A stretch of DNA of 11,619 nt from contig JASLXV010000003.1 in NCBI GenBank assembly GCA_030740155.1, positions 1 through 11,619 of the forward strand. The letters run 5' to 3'. Origin of the DNA: Dehalococcoidia bacterium (GTDB taxonomy: Bacteria; Chloroflexota; Dehalococcoidia; Lucifugimonadales; UBA3495). The position numbers and the translations under genes are program-made. Below, piece by piece: positions 1 through 7,681 of this stretch (its first letter is position 1; every line of letters starts with the position of its first letter). Below the pieces are notes generated by a model. The model was not told the DNA's origin. It searched no databases and was given only the letters and a program-made list of their open reading frames with translations.

Positions 1-30
1 ATTGGCCTTAATGTTTTCTGACTGGGACAC
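1..30 (-). CDS. Partial N-terminus (VSQSENIKAN) of the probable IS transposase/OrfA, truncated by window edge
   Basis: AAAGGAG-caaat-GTG on minus strand inside the IS end; 10 open codons to the edge. Too short for a homology call. Confidence 0.35.
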   Translation of the reverse strand, partial: MSQSENIKAN

Positions 31-140
31 ATTTGCTCCTTTCTGGAAGTAATGTACCTTCATTCCAGGAGCTCACGCCACTTCCACTTTCTCGGGTTTT
101 CTTACACCCCAATGTGTCCCATTATCGCTGACGGTCTACA
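1..140 (-). mobile_element. Left end of an insertion sequence (IS3/IS481-type TG-initiated terminal inverted repeat), running off the left edge of the window
   Basis: Minus strand from 140 reads TGTAGACCGTCAGCGATAATGGGACACA. 113..140 is the exact 28-bp reverse complement of 10673..10700. An inverted inner copy (TGGGACACATT 23..33 / AATGTGTCCCA 111..121), a CTGGAA..TTCCAG hairpin and SD AAAGGAG precede a GTG at 30. Family assignment rests on recalled resemblance of the CAGC-ATA-TGG-GACAC core to IS3-group ends. Confidence 0.7.
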
Positions 141-1794
141 CATCCTGCACAGCGGCCAGGTGATCCCCGCGGCCGACCACAACATACGGGAGGCCGTCGC
201 AATAAAAGGAGAGGTCATCCAGGCGGTTGGCAGTAACCGGGATGTCCTGGCTCTGGCTGGTCCGAGTACCACCACCGTCAACCTCCGCGGCCGCACCGTA
301 ATACCAGGCATAATCGATGCCCACGCCCACATGGACCGCGAGGGATTGAAGCACGTCTGCCCTTCTCTTCAAGGCGCGGCCAGCATCGCAGACATTCTAG
401 CCATCGTCGAGCAACAGGTGGCGCAAAAGCGCGCGGGTGAGTGGGGGGTCACCATGCCGGTCGGCGACCCGCCCAACTACACGGACGTCCCCGGTTGTCT
501 CCGGGAAGGCCGCTACCCCACCCGCTGGGAGTTGGACCGGGTATCTCCTCACAACCCCGTGTATATCAGGGGCATCTGGACACCCTGGAACGTGCCCCCT
601 TCGGTGGCCGTGGCCAACAGCATGGCGTTGCAGATGGCGGGCATCGACCGGCAGACGCCGGCGCCCGATTCCAGTGTGACCATCGACCGGGATAACAGCG
701 GCGAGATCACCGGCATTCTGATCGACCGGGGTAGGGCCCCTTCCTTGGAATTTACCCTGATGAAGGCCGTACCTCGCTTTACCCACGCGCAACGCGTGGA
801 AGCACTGAAGGAGTCCATGCGGCTCTACAACTCCGTCGGCACCACAGGGGCCTACGAAGGGCACGGCGTGGCCCCCGAAGTGCTGAGGGCATACAAAGAG
901 CTGTGGGACAGGGGTGAGATGACGGTGCGGGCCCAATTGGTGCTGAGCCCGGCCTGGAAATCGGTAGGAGAGGCGGCCCACGACATGCAGAGGTGGGCCC
1001 ACGCGGCCTCGGGCTCCGGTTTCGGAGATTCCATGCTGCGAATCAGCGGGTGCTACATCGAGTACCGCGGCGACAGGTACTCCGCCCGGGCCCGGTGCGC
1101 TGAACTCCCTTTTACCGGCTGGGCGGGCTTCGCCCAGGGCTACAATCCCCCCGGTCGCTACCGCCGGCTGGTGAGCCTAGCCGCCCAACACAACCTTCGG
1201 GTGAACACGATCGTGAGGGACACCCTGGACGAGGTGCTGCAGGTCTTCGAGGACGTGCACCGGGAGACGCCCATCGATGGCCAAAGGTGGGTCCTGACCC
1301 ACGTCCAGGAAACGACGCCGGAGCAACTACGGCTCGTCCGAGACCTGGGCCTGGTGATCGAGAGCATCCCGTTGACCGACCTGTGGCTTCGCGGTCGCCG
1401 GTACGTGGATGACCCCGGTGGTGCGGACCGGGCGGATGCTCACCGCAGCTACCTGGAGCAGGGTGCCGACTTCTGTTTCGGCTCAGACAACAAGCCATAC
1501 AATCCGTTCGCAACCTTCTGGTCGGCGGTGACCCGACGGGAGCGTCTTACAGACAAGACTATCGGCCCTGCGCAATGCCTCACGCGTCTGGAGGCCCTGA
1601 AGGCCTTCACCATTGGTGGCGCCTACTGCTGCTTCGAGGAGGACCGCCGGGGGGCTCTGGAGCCGGGCAAGCTGGCTGACCTGGCGGTCCTCTCCGGCGA
1701 CCTGTTGACCATCCCAGAAGAGGAGCTTCCCGGTCTATACTCTGTCTTGACAATGGTGGGAGGCGACCTGGTTCATTCCACCGAAGACCTCTAG
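112..1794 (+). CDS. Amidohydrolase 3 family (YtcJ-like) metal-dependent hydrolase; native N-terminus interrupted by IS end at 140/141
   Basis: ILHSGQV..EAVAIKG..NLRGRTVIPGIIDAHAH (HxH), ELDRVSPHNPV, GSD, and G.LEPGKLADLAVL..TMVGG C-terminal beta-sandwich. The in-frame ATGs at 52 and 112 both lie within IS-end sequence. Confidence 0.88.
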   Translation: MCPIIADGLHILHSGQVIPAADHNIREAVAIKGEVIQAVGSNRDVLALAGPSTTTVNLRGRTVIPGIIDAHAHMDREGLKHVCPSLQGAASIADILAIVEQQVAQKRAGEWGVTMPVGDPPNYTDVPGCLREGRYPTRWELDRVSPHNPVYIRGIWTPWNVPPSVAVANSMALQMAGIDRQTPAPDSSVTIDRDNSGEITGILIDRGRAPSLEFTLMKAVPRFTHAQRVEALKESMRLYNSVGTTGAYEGHGVAPEVLRAYKELWDRGEMTVRAQLVLSPAWKSVGEAAHDMQRWAHAASGSGFGDSMLRISGCYIEYRGDRYSARARCAELPFTGWAGFAQGYNPPGRYRRLVSLAAQHNLRVNTIVRDTLDEVLQVFEDVHRETPIDGQRWVLTHVQETTPEQLRLVRDLGLVIESIPLTDLWLRGRRYVDDPGGADRADAHRSYLEQGADFCFGSDNKPYNPFATFWSAVTRRERLTDKTIGPAQCLTRLEALKAFTIGGAYCCFEEDRRGALEPGKLADLAVLSGDLLTIPEEELPGLYSVLTMVGGDLVHSTEDL

Positions 1795-1928
1795 GAGTTG
1801 CAGACGCTCCGATCCCATCCTGACCGTGACCGGTTAGCCGTATTATGAGGTGCACCCGAGAGACCGGACAGGCAGCTAGACGAAGGTCCTGCTTCTAAGA
1901 ATAGGATCACCAGTACCAGAGGAGCGGG

Positions 1929-2019
1929 GTGTGGTACAGGGACGGAGACAACACAGCGCATCGTTCAGGGCCAGGGTTGCCGCGGAGGCAACCTAAGGGG
2001 GCAGACGTGGCCCGGTTGG
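1929..2019 (+). other. Possible 5' fragment of a group II intron
   Basis: Starts GTGTG (GUGYG consensus), then AACACAGCGCATCGTTCAG, hairpin GGTTGCC-gcgga-GGCAACC, and CCCGGTT; recalled resemblance to IIB domain I 5' ends. No domain V or RT seen. Confidence 0.25.
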
Positions 2020-2203
2020 CCCCGCCAGGCCCTGGGCTACCGGACGCCGGCTGAAGTGCTCGGCTGCGGCTCGGATACATCACCCGAACAAACAACAGAG
2101 AGGGGGGTGACCACCCAGAAGAGCAATGGTAAACTGTGGCGGAAACAGCGGGACTCTCGCTCAATATCGCCCAAAACCTGTCCAACCGATCAGGTCCACC
2201 TGA
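2020..2203 (+). mobile_element. IS3-family remnant: transposase OrfB C-terminus plus right end
   Basis: 2020..2058 translates PRQALGYRTPAEV, matching the RPHxALGYxTP end motif of IS3 integrase-core transposases. 2149..2203 matches the reverse complement of 11551..11605 at 46/55 nt (manual alignment). Confidence 0.75.
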
Positions 2204-2418
2204 GGAGAGGACAGGGTAGGGGTGATCAATGTTGGCAAAAGGGTGTAGCCTGGGTGCTCGCGGCCAACCCTTGTTAACCTGATGATCTGAAAGCAAGCCT
2301 TTCCAGCCACTGGTTCTACGGACGAAGTGGCCTGGCATCGGTCCCAGAGAGTGCTTCTCGCGTGCTGCCAACTGACGAAACAGATGGCAGCATGTCAGCA
2401 TATCAAGAGGAGGGCGAA

Positions 2419-4434
2419 ATGAAGGACGCGACCACTCCGTTCCCCGCACAACAGCCTCCCGGCACGGAACATCCCCTGTTTCCCCGCCTGTTCTCACCCA
2501 TCAAGATTGGCCCCATGACCGCGAAGAACCGCGTCGTCAATAGCGCACACGGCACCGGATTCGGCCGGGACGGCGTCTACACGGACCAACTGATCGCATA
2601 CCAGAAGGAACGGGCCCGAGGAGGGGCGGCCATCATCCTTTCGCAGGCCATACCGGTCACCGGAGACCACGGAGACATTACGAACGCGGACGACAGCATC
2701 ATCCCGTGGTACCAGAAGGTGGCGGCCGAGGTCCATCTCTTCGGGGCCCACTACTTCTCCGAACTCTCCCATGCCGGCCGCCAAGCCCGCCCGGATTCCG
2801 GGGCATTCGACGCTCCCATAACCTACGGCCCGTCGGCAGTGCCGCCGGCGGGTCCCGTGAGGGGAGGTTGGGGAATACCCCATGAGTTGGAGCCGGAGCA
2901 GATTCGGGCAATCATAGGCCATTTCGGCGCGGCCGCGGGGCGGTGCCGGCAGGGAAATCTCGACGGGATCGAGCTGCACTTTGCCCATGGGAATTTGGCC
3001 CAGCAGTTCATGTCTCCAGCTACCAACCAACGGACCGATGAATGGGGCGGCTCTTTGAGCAACAGGCTGCGGTTCGCGCGGGAGGTGCTGCACTCGGTCC
3101 GAGAGGCCGTGGGAAGGGACCTGGCGGTGGGATGCCGCCTGACCGGGAGCGAGTTGGACGAAGGCGGGCTCTCGCAGTTGGAAATGCTGGAGATTGCGGG
3201 CCTGCTCGACGAAACGAAAATGTTGGATTATTTCTCAGTAACCATGGGTCACTACTCCGACTTGCGGAGCAACCTCCGCAACATACCGGACATGAGCTTC
3301 ACACCGGGTGTGTGGGCCGACTTCGGCGACCAGATCAAACATCTGGTCAACGTGCCCGTGTTCTTGGTGGGCCGGGTCAATCATCCTGCGGTGGCGGAGG
3401 ACCTGATCGCCAAAGGCCGGTGCGACATGGTGGTGATGGCCCGGGCCCTCATCGCCGACCCGTATTTCCCGTCGAAGGCCTTCTCCCGGCAGGTGGATGA
3501 CATTCGCCCCTGTGTCGGCGCCAAAGATGGGTGTTCCGCCCGCCGGGAGGGTGACCGTCCAATTAGATGCATCTACAACCCGGTGGTGTCTCGGGAAAGG
3601 GAGTGGGGGGGAGATCCGCCACCAGCCTCCCAGGCCCGAGAGGTCGTGGTGATCGGTGGCGGCCCCGCGGGGCTGGAGTGTGCCAGGGTGGCGGCAAGTC
3701 GAGGTCACCGGGTGGTCTTGCTGGAGCGACAGAAGGTTCTTGGGGGCCAAGTGAACGTTGCGGCCCGAGCCCCCGCGCGGGAAGAGCTCGCACAAACAAT
3801 CGAATGGTTGAGCCAGCAGTGCCGGAAAGCCGGCGTTGAGGTCCGGTTGAATACCGAGGTCACGGTAGAGCAGGTACTGCGGATGGCCCCGGATGTGGTG
3901 GTGGTGGCGACGGGCGCACTTCCAGGCCCCCAGGCGAGCGTGGCGGTGGATGGGCCACAGGTGGTTGATGCTTGGGCCGTGCTTGAGGGCGCCGTGGAGG
4001 TGGGCCGGCGGGTGCTGGTCGTGGACGAGACCGGCTTGCGGCCGGGTCTGAGCGTGGCGGACTATTTGGCGTCACGAGGCCATGACGTGGAGTATGTAAC
4101 ACCGTTTCCGTATCCGGGCCGAAACATCGATTGGATAGGGTGGTATGGGATATACCCCAACCTCTTGCAGAACAAGGTGAAGTTCCATCCGCTGACCAGC
4201 GTGAGCAAGGTTGACGGCGAACGGGTGACGGTGAAGAACGTGTACACCGCTGCGGAGGAACCTATCGACGGTATCGCAACCGTGGTGACGAGTGTGTCAC
4301 CTCGGGCCATCGATGCCTTGTACCGGGGTTTGAAAGACAAGGTCAAGCACCTATACCTGATTGGCGACGCGATGGCGCCGCGGGGGATTGAGGAGGCCAC
4401 CTTCGAGGGGCAAAAGGTCGCGCGAGAGATATGA
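2419..4434 (+). CDS. NADH:flavin oxidoreductase (Old Yellow Enzyme TIM barrel + Fe-S + FAD/NAD-binding domain; DgcA/N-methylproline demethylase/FadH-like)
   Basis: LFSPIKIG..KNRVVNSAH, ELHFAHG, NQRTDEWGGSLSNRLRF, MARALIADP, CVGAKDGC..CIYNP, VVVIGGGPAGLE, IGDAMAPR. Start chosen at ATG 2419 after SD GAGGAGG. Confidence 0.92.
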   Translation: MKDATTPFPAQQPPGTEHPLFPRLFSPIKIGPMTAKNRVVNSAHGTGFGRDGVYTDQLIAYQKERARGGAAIILSQAIPVTGDHGDITNADDSIIPWYQKVAAEVHLFGAHYFSELSHAGRQARPDSGAFDAPITYGPSAVPPAGPVRGGWGIPHELEPEQIRAIIGHFGAAAGRCRQGNLDGIELHFAHGNLAQQFMSPATNQRTDEWGGSLSNRLRFAREVLHSVREAVGRDLAVGCRLTGSELDEGGLSQLEMLEIAGLLDETKMLDYFSVTMGHYSDLRSNLRNIPDMSFTPGVWADFGDQIKHLVNVPVFLVGRVNHPAVAEDLIAKGRCDMVVMARALIADPYFPSKAFSRQVDDIRPCVGAKDGCSARREGDRPIRCIYNPVVSREREWGGDPPPASQAREVVVIGGGPAGLECARVAASRGHRVVLLERQKVLGGQVNVAARAPAREELAQTIEWLSQQCRKAGVEVRLNTEVTVEQVLRMAPDVVVVATGALPGPQASVAVDGPQVVDAWAVLEGAVEVGRRVLVVDETGLRPGLSVADYLASRGHDVEYVTPFPYPGRNIDWIGWYGIYPNLLQNKVKFHPLTSVSKVDGERVTVKNVYTAAEEPIDGIATVVTSVSPRAIDALYRGLKDKVKHLYLIGDAMAPRGIEEATFEGQKVAREI

Positions 4435-4489
4435 ATCGGGCCAAGGACCAGGGTCTGAGCATGCACCCACCGGCGGAAGCTAGGCTTGG

Positions 4490-5683
4490 CTACCAGGCAT
4501 CCCTTAGCACCTTCATGATGGGACCGACGCCAGTAATGGGCTTGGGATTGGTGGAGAGCGCCTGGTTGTGCAAAGTCGCGGCAGCTATCCGCTCCAGGCC
4601 CTCTTCGGGCACGCCGACCTGCCGGAGGGTGGCGGGCATTTCCATCTCCCGGCATAACCGGGCGAACCCGTCGGCCGCCGCCAAACCCGCCTCCTCCGCG
4701 CTCATGCCCCTGGTGTCTATTCTCATCGCCTTGGCGACCCGCGCCTGTTGGCCGGCGCTCGCGTCCAGGTTGAACCTCATGGTGTGGGGCAGCAGGATCG
4801 CGTTGGCTTCACCGTGAGCAACCTGGTACAGGGCGCCTACGTTGTGGGCCGTTGCGGTGTTCAAGCCCTGGCCCACAGCTCCAGCCAGGGACGCCAGGCA
4901 TGCCGCCGTTTTGATCTTCAGCAGGCAGTCCAGGTCTTTTTCGGGGCACCTCGGCAGGTAACGTTCCAGCATTTCGATGGCGTGCAGACCAAAGGCATCG
5001 CAGATAGGATTGCGGCGCCGGGAATAGACGCTCTCCACGGCGAGCCTGAACTGACCAATGGCCGTGGACACGAGGATAGACGTCGGCGTGGTGGCTAGGG
5101 CCTTCCCGTCGATGATGATGGCCTTGGGGCTGGCTCCCTTCCCGGACAAGAAAAACTTGCGGCCCAGGGCTTTATCGGTCACATCGCCCCCGCTCCTCCC
5201 GAGTTCCGCTCCCCCCATAGTGGTCGGAACGCAGATGATGGGAACCCGGTCCGGCGGCAAGTCGGGGCTGAAAACCTTGAAGGGGGGCTCGAAACGGATC
5301 TCGTAGTCGTGGAGGTCGCGGCCCCCAGCCAGCAAAATGGCCATGCCTTTGCACGTGTCGTGGGTGCTTCCGCCGCCGACGCTTACCAGGGCGTCGGGGT
5401 GCAACTCCGAGGCTGCATCACCTGCCTCATACACAACTTCCAGGGGTGGGTGGGGCTCCACCCCGGAAAACAGGCCTACGCATCGTGCACCTAGGGCCCG
5501 CTGGACCCGCTGCACGACATCCGACTCCCGCAGTATCGTGGGACCGCAGACCACCATTGGCCGGGAAACGCCCAACCGGTCCAACGAGGCGCCGATGGTG
5601 GAGATTGCGTCGACGCCACACACTATCTCCTGGTCCACGCTGTCGTAGCTGTACCTGAGCCCGCTTTCTAGCTCCCTCTCCAA
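4490..5683 (-). CDS. Iron-containing alcohol dehydrogenase / maleylacetate reductase family protein
   Basis: VSVGGGSTHDTCK, VPTTMGGAE, AHGEANAILLPHTMRFN, NPKP. Likely TTG start at 5683 after GGAGGT; ATG 5722 is the alternative. Confidence 0.88.
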   Translation of the reverse strand: MERELESGLRYSYDSVDQEIVCGVDAISTIGASLDRLGVSRPMVVCGPTILRESDVVQRVQRALGARCVGLFSGVEPHPPLEVVYEAGDAASELHPDALVSVGGGSTHDTCKGMAILLAGGRDLHDYEIRFEPPFKVFSPDLPPDRVPIICVPTTMGGAELGRSGGDVTDKALGRKFFLSGKGASPKAIIIDGKALATTPTSILVSTAIGQFRLAVESVYSRRRNPICDAFGLHAIEMLERYLPRCPEKDLDCLLKIKTAACLASLAGAVGQGLNTATAHNVGALYQVAHGEANAILLPHTMRFNLDASAGQQARVAKAMRIDTRGMSAEEAGLAAADGFARLCREMEMPATLRQVGVPEEGLERIAAATLHNQALSTNPKPITGVGPIMKVLRDAW

Positions 5684-5837
5684 CGGCCTACCTCCAGATT
5701 GGACCCCACGGTGCGCCGTCATCGCAACCGCCGCGCGATTCTTGTCGGTGCCCTCCGTTCCCGGAGGGTAGACCTTGGAGAAACCGCCCGAGACGCCTCA
5801 GCCAACAAGTCCAAGCGGGAAGGCAGATAGGAGACAG

Positions 5838-6593
5838 CTAGACCCCCCAGGTCTTGCCGAAGTCGACGCGCGCGACCAGCTGTCCGGTAAAGGACTGGGC
5901 GTCCTGCAGCGCCAGGTACACGGCGCAGGGGGCCGCCGCCTCGGGATCGACGCGTTCGGACCAGTCGTTCCAGGCCCAGGGAATAGCCGCCGAGCCCTCA
6001 CTCTTCATAGCGCCGGGGTTGAGTATGTTGACGGCGATATTGTGCTCGCGCATTTCCTGGGCCAGCGTGAGGCTGAACATGTGCATGCCTGCCTTGCTGG
6101 CGGGGTAAACGACGCTTCCCACTTGGGTGTGGTCGAATCCCGACCGGGAGCCGATGTTGATGATGCTGCCCCGCTTTTGGCTCATCATTGCCGGCAGGAC
6201 GGCCCGGCAGGTAAGGAAGGGGCCTCGCATGTTCACCGCCACCGACTGGTCCCAAGCGTCGGGACTTATCTCCAAGAAGGATTTGCCCAAGACCATTATC
6301 GCGGCGTTGTTCACGAGCACGTCTATGCGGCCGTACCGCTCCATCACCTGCCGCACCATATCCGAGACCTGCGCTTCGTCCGCCACGTCGCAGGCCACGG
6401 CGATAGCCTCTCCCGCCGTGTTTCGGATGTCCCTCACGGTCTCCTCGATGGTCCCCGATAGACCGGTCGGTGACGCCTGGCGGGCGCATACCACAACCTT
6501 GGCCCCTTCCCGAGCGTACTCTTTGGCGATGGCCCGGCCCAGACCGCGGCTGGCCCCTGTAACTATGGCAACCATCCCGTTCATTGTGCCCAT
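5838..6593 (-). CDS. Classical short-chain dehydrogenase/reductase (SDR)
   Basis: TGASRGLG (TGxxxGxG), CDV, IDVLVNNA, IINIGS, YPASK (YxxxK), NPG. ATG 6593 follows SD GAGGGG. Confidence 0.93.
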   Translation of the reverse strand: MGTMNGMVAIVTGASRGLGRAIAKEYAREGAKVVVCARQASPTGLSGTIEETVRDIRNTAGEAIAVACDVADEAQVSDMVRQVMERYGRIDVLVNNAAIMVLGKSFLEISPDAWDQSVAVNMRGPFLTCRAVLPAMMSQKRGSIINIGSRSGFDHTQVGSVVYPASKAGMHMFSLTLAQEMREHNIAVNILNPGAMKSEGSAAIPWAWNDWSERVDPEAAAPCAVYLALQDAQSFTGQLVARVDFGKTWGV

Positions 6594-6725
6594 GTTATCC
6601 CCTCGAACGAATCTCTTCTCGGCCTGCCCCATGGTCGAAGGGGTACAGGCAGGTTCAGCGGTCTTCGGTACTGGCAGTTGCGTCCGGTATCAAGAGGAGA
6701 CCGCCCAAGCTCGCGGGTTCGGCCC

Positions 6726-7081
6726 CTGGACCACCTTGTTCAAGGGGTATCGTATGACCCCTTCAGCGCCAATGGAGAGAAGCTTTGGGATGAAGTCCCT
6801 GGCCAGTCCCACGTTGACTACGATCTCCCCGGAGAACCACTCTTCCCCATAGAGGTGCGCCATCGTAGGCGCGTCCAGACTGGGAAGCATGGAGACAACC
6901 TGCTTCAGGCACCTGGACATCTCCGAGGCCTGCAAATGATGCAGGCGAGCCGCGCATCATCGATTCTTGGGAAGTAGCTCCTGCGGTCGAGGTCCAGACT
7001 CAAGCCAGCCCGTTGGAACAAGGCAACTGTAGGTGCTTCAAGGCTTCCCTTGGGAATTCTCAGCTTCACCTTTTCTCTCAT
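6726..7081 (-). pseudogene. hisG: ATP phosphoribosyltransferase (long form) pseudogene with frameshift and large internal deletion
   Basis: ATG 7081 gives MREKVKLRIPKGSLEAPTVALFQRAG..RRSYFPRIDD..CRP (HisG N-terminus, PKGSL). After an apparent 1-nt loss near 6925 the other frame reads EMSRC, fused directly to LKQVVSMLPSLDAPT..GAEGVIRYPLNKVV (HisG C-terminal regulatory domain). The codon after NKVV is CAG, one change from TAG. Confidence 0.85.
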
Positions 7082-7124
7082 TTCCCTTTAGTCTCCGCCC
7101 TGTCCGGGTTGACTCGACCCCAAG

Positions 7125-7154
7125 TTTATACCACTCGATGTGTCGGTACCACAA
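7125..7154 (-). promoter_or_regulatory. Candidate extended -10 promoter of the former hisG gene
   Basis: Minus strand TG-G-TATAAA at 7133..7125, about 45 nt upstream of the hisG ATG; only a weak TTGTGG at -35. Confidence 0.35.
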
Positions 7155-7265
7155 GAGCGAACGAGGGGCCACCGGCGACGGGCATCCAGTGAAGGTGAAA
7201 TCACCTCAACACTAGGTGAGCAACAACGGCCACGAGGCGGCGAGGTCGCTAGGAGGCCAAAGGGA
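7138..7265 (+). ncRNA. Probable degenerate 5' fragment (domain I) of a group II intron
   Basis: ATGTGTCGGTACCAC (GUGYG with first base changed), AGCGAACG, CCG-GCGA-CGG GNRA hairpin, AGGTGAAATCACCT stem-loop, AGGTGAGCAACAAC; recalled resemblance to bacterial group II intron 5' ends. No domain V/VI or RT ORF found. Confidence 0.4.
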
Positions 7266-7511
7266 AGAGCCGCTCCTCCGTGTACCTCTTCCGAACCACG
7301 AGCCGTCCTTACATGTTTCATTCATGCCGAGGACTGTACTCGCGGGTGCTACTGTTCCAGGGGGGAAGGCCACTTCCATGGCGGGATGGCACCCGGGGAA
7401 TCGAGGACCTACGCCGATGACCGGCAGGGCGGCCCATGGGAATTCTCGATACTTCCTGGTAGACTGATCGTGATAACACTATGCGCCCTCCGGGACCGCG
7501 CATGAGGCGGC

Positions 7512-7540
7512 TTGACCTTAGCAGAAGCACTGCCTAGAAT
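7512..7540 (+). promoter_or_regulatory. Sigma70-type promoter upstream of yvcK
   Basis: TTGACC (7512..7517), 17-nt spacer, TAGAAT (7535..7540); each box is 5/6 consensus. Confidence 0.65.
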
Positions 7541-7681
7541 TCCATCCAGCGGCGAAGACAATATCTAGCCGCCTTGATAGTGGCGGTAATTGAAAGATTT
7601 CTGGGTACATTTGATCGTATTACGGATCGGAGCCGACGGCTTCGCCTCTTTTCAGTTAGCAGGCTCGGCGGGAACTGAGAC

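Noticed and set aside
91..110. IS256-like terminus GGGGTGTAAGAAAACCCG on the minus strand
   Set aside because: It lies inside the better-supported end at 140 and has no second copy in the window.
2233..2300. TPP or fluoride riboswitch, or hammerhead (GGGTGC..ACCCTT..AACCTGAT; CTGATGA..GAAA)
   Set aside because: Lacks the CTGAGA and GCG-AGG elements of TPP, the fluoride pseudoknot pairing and the hammerhead stems.
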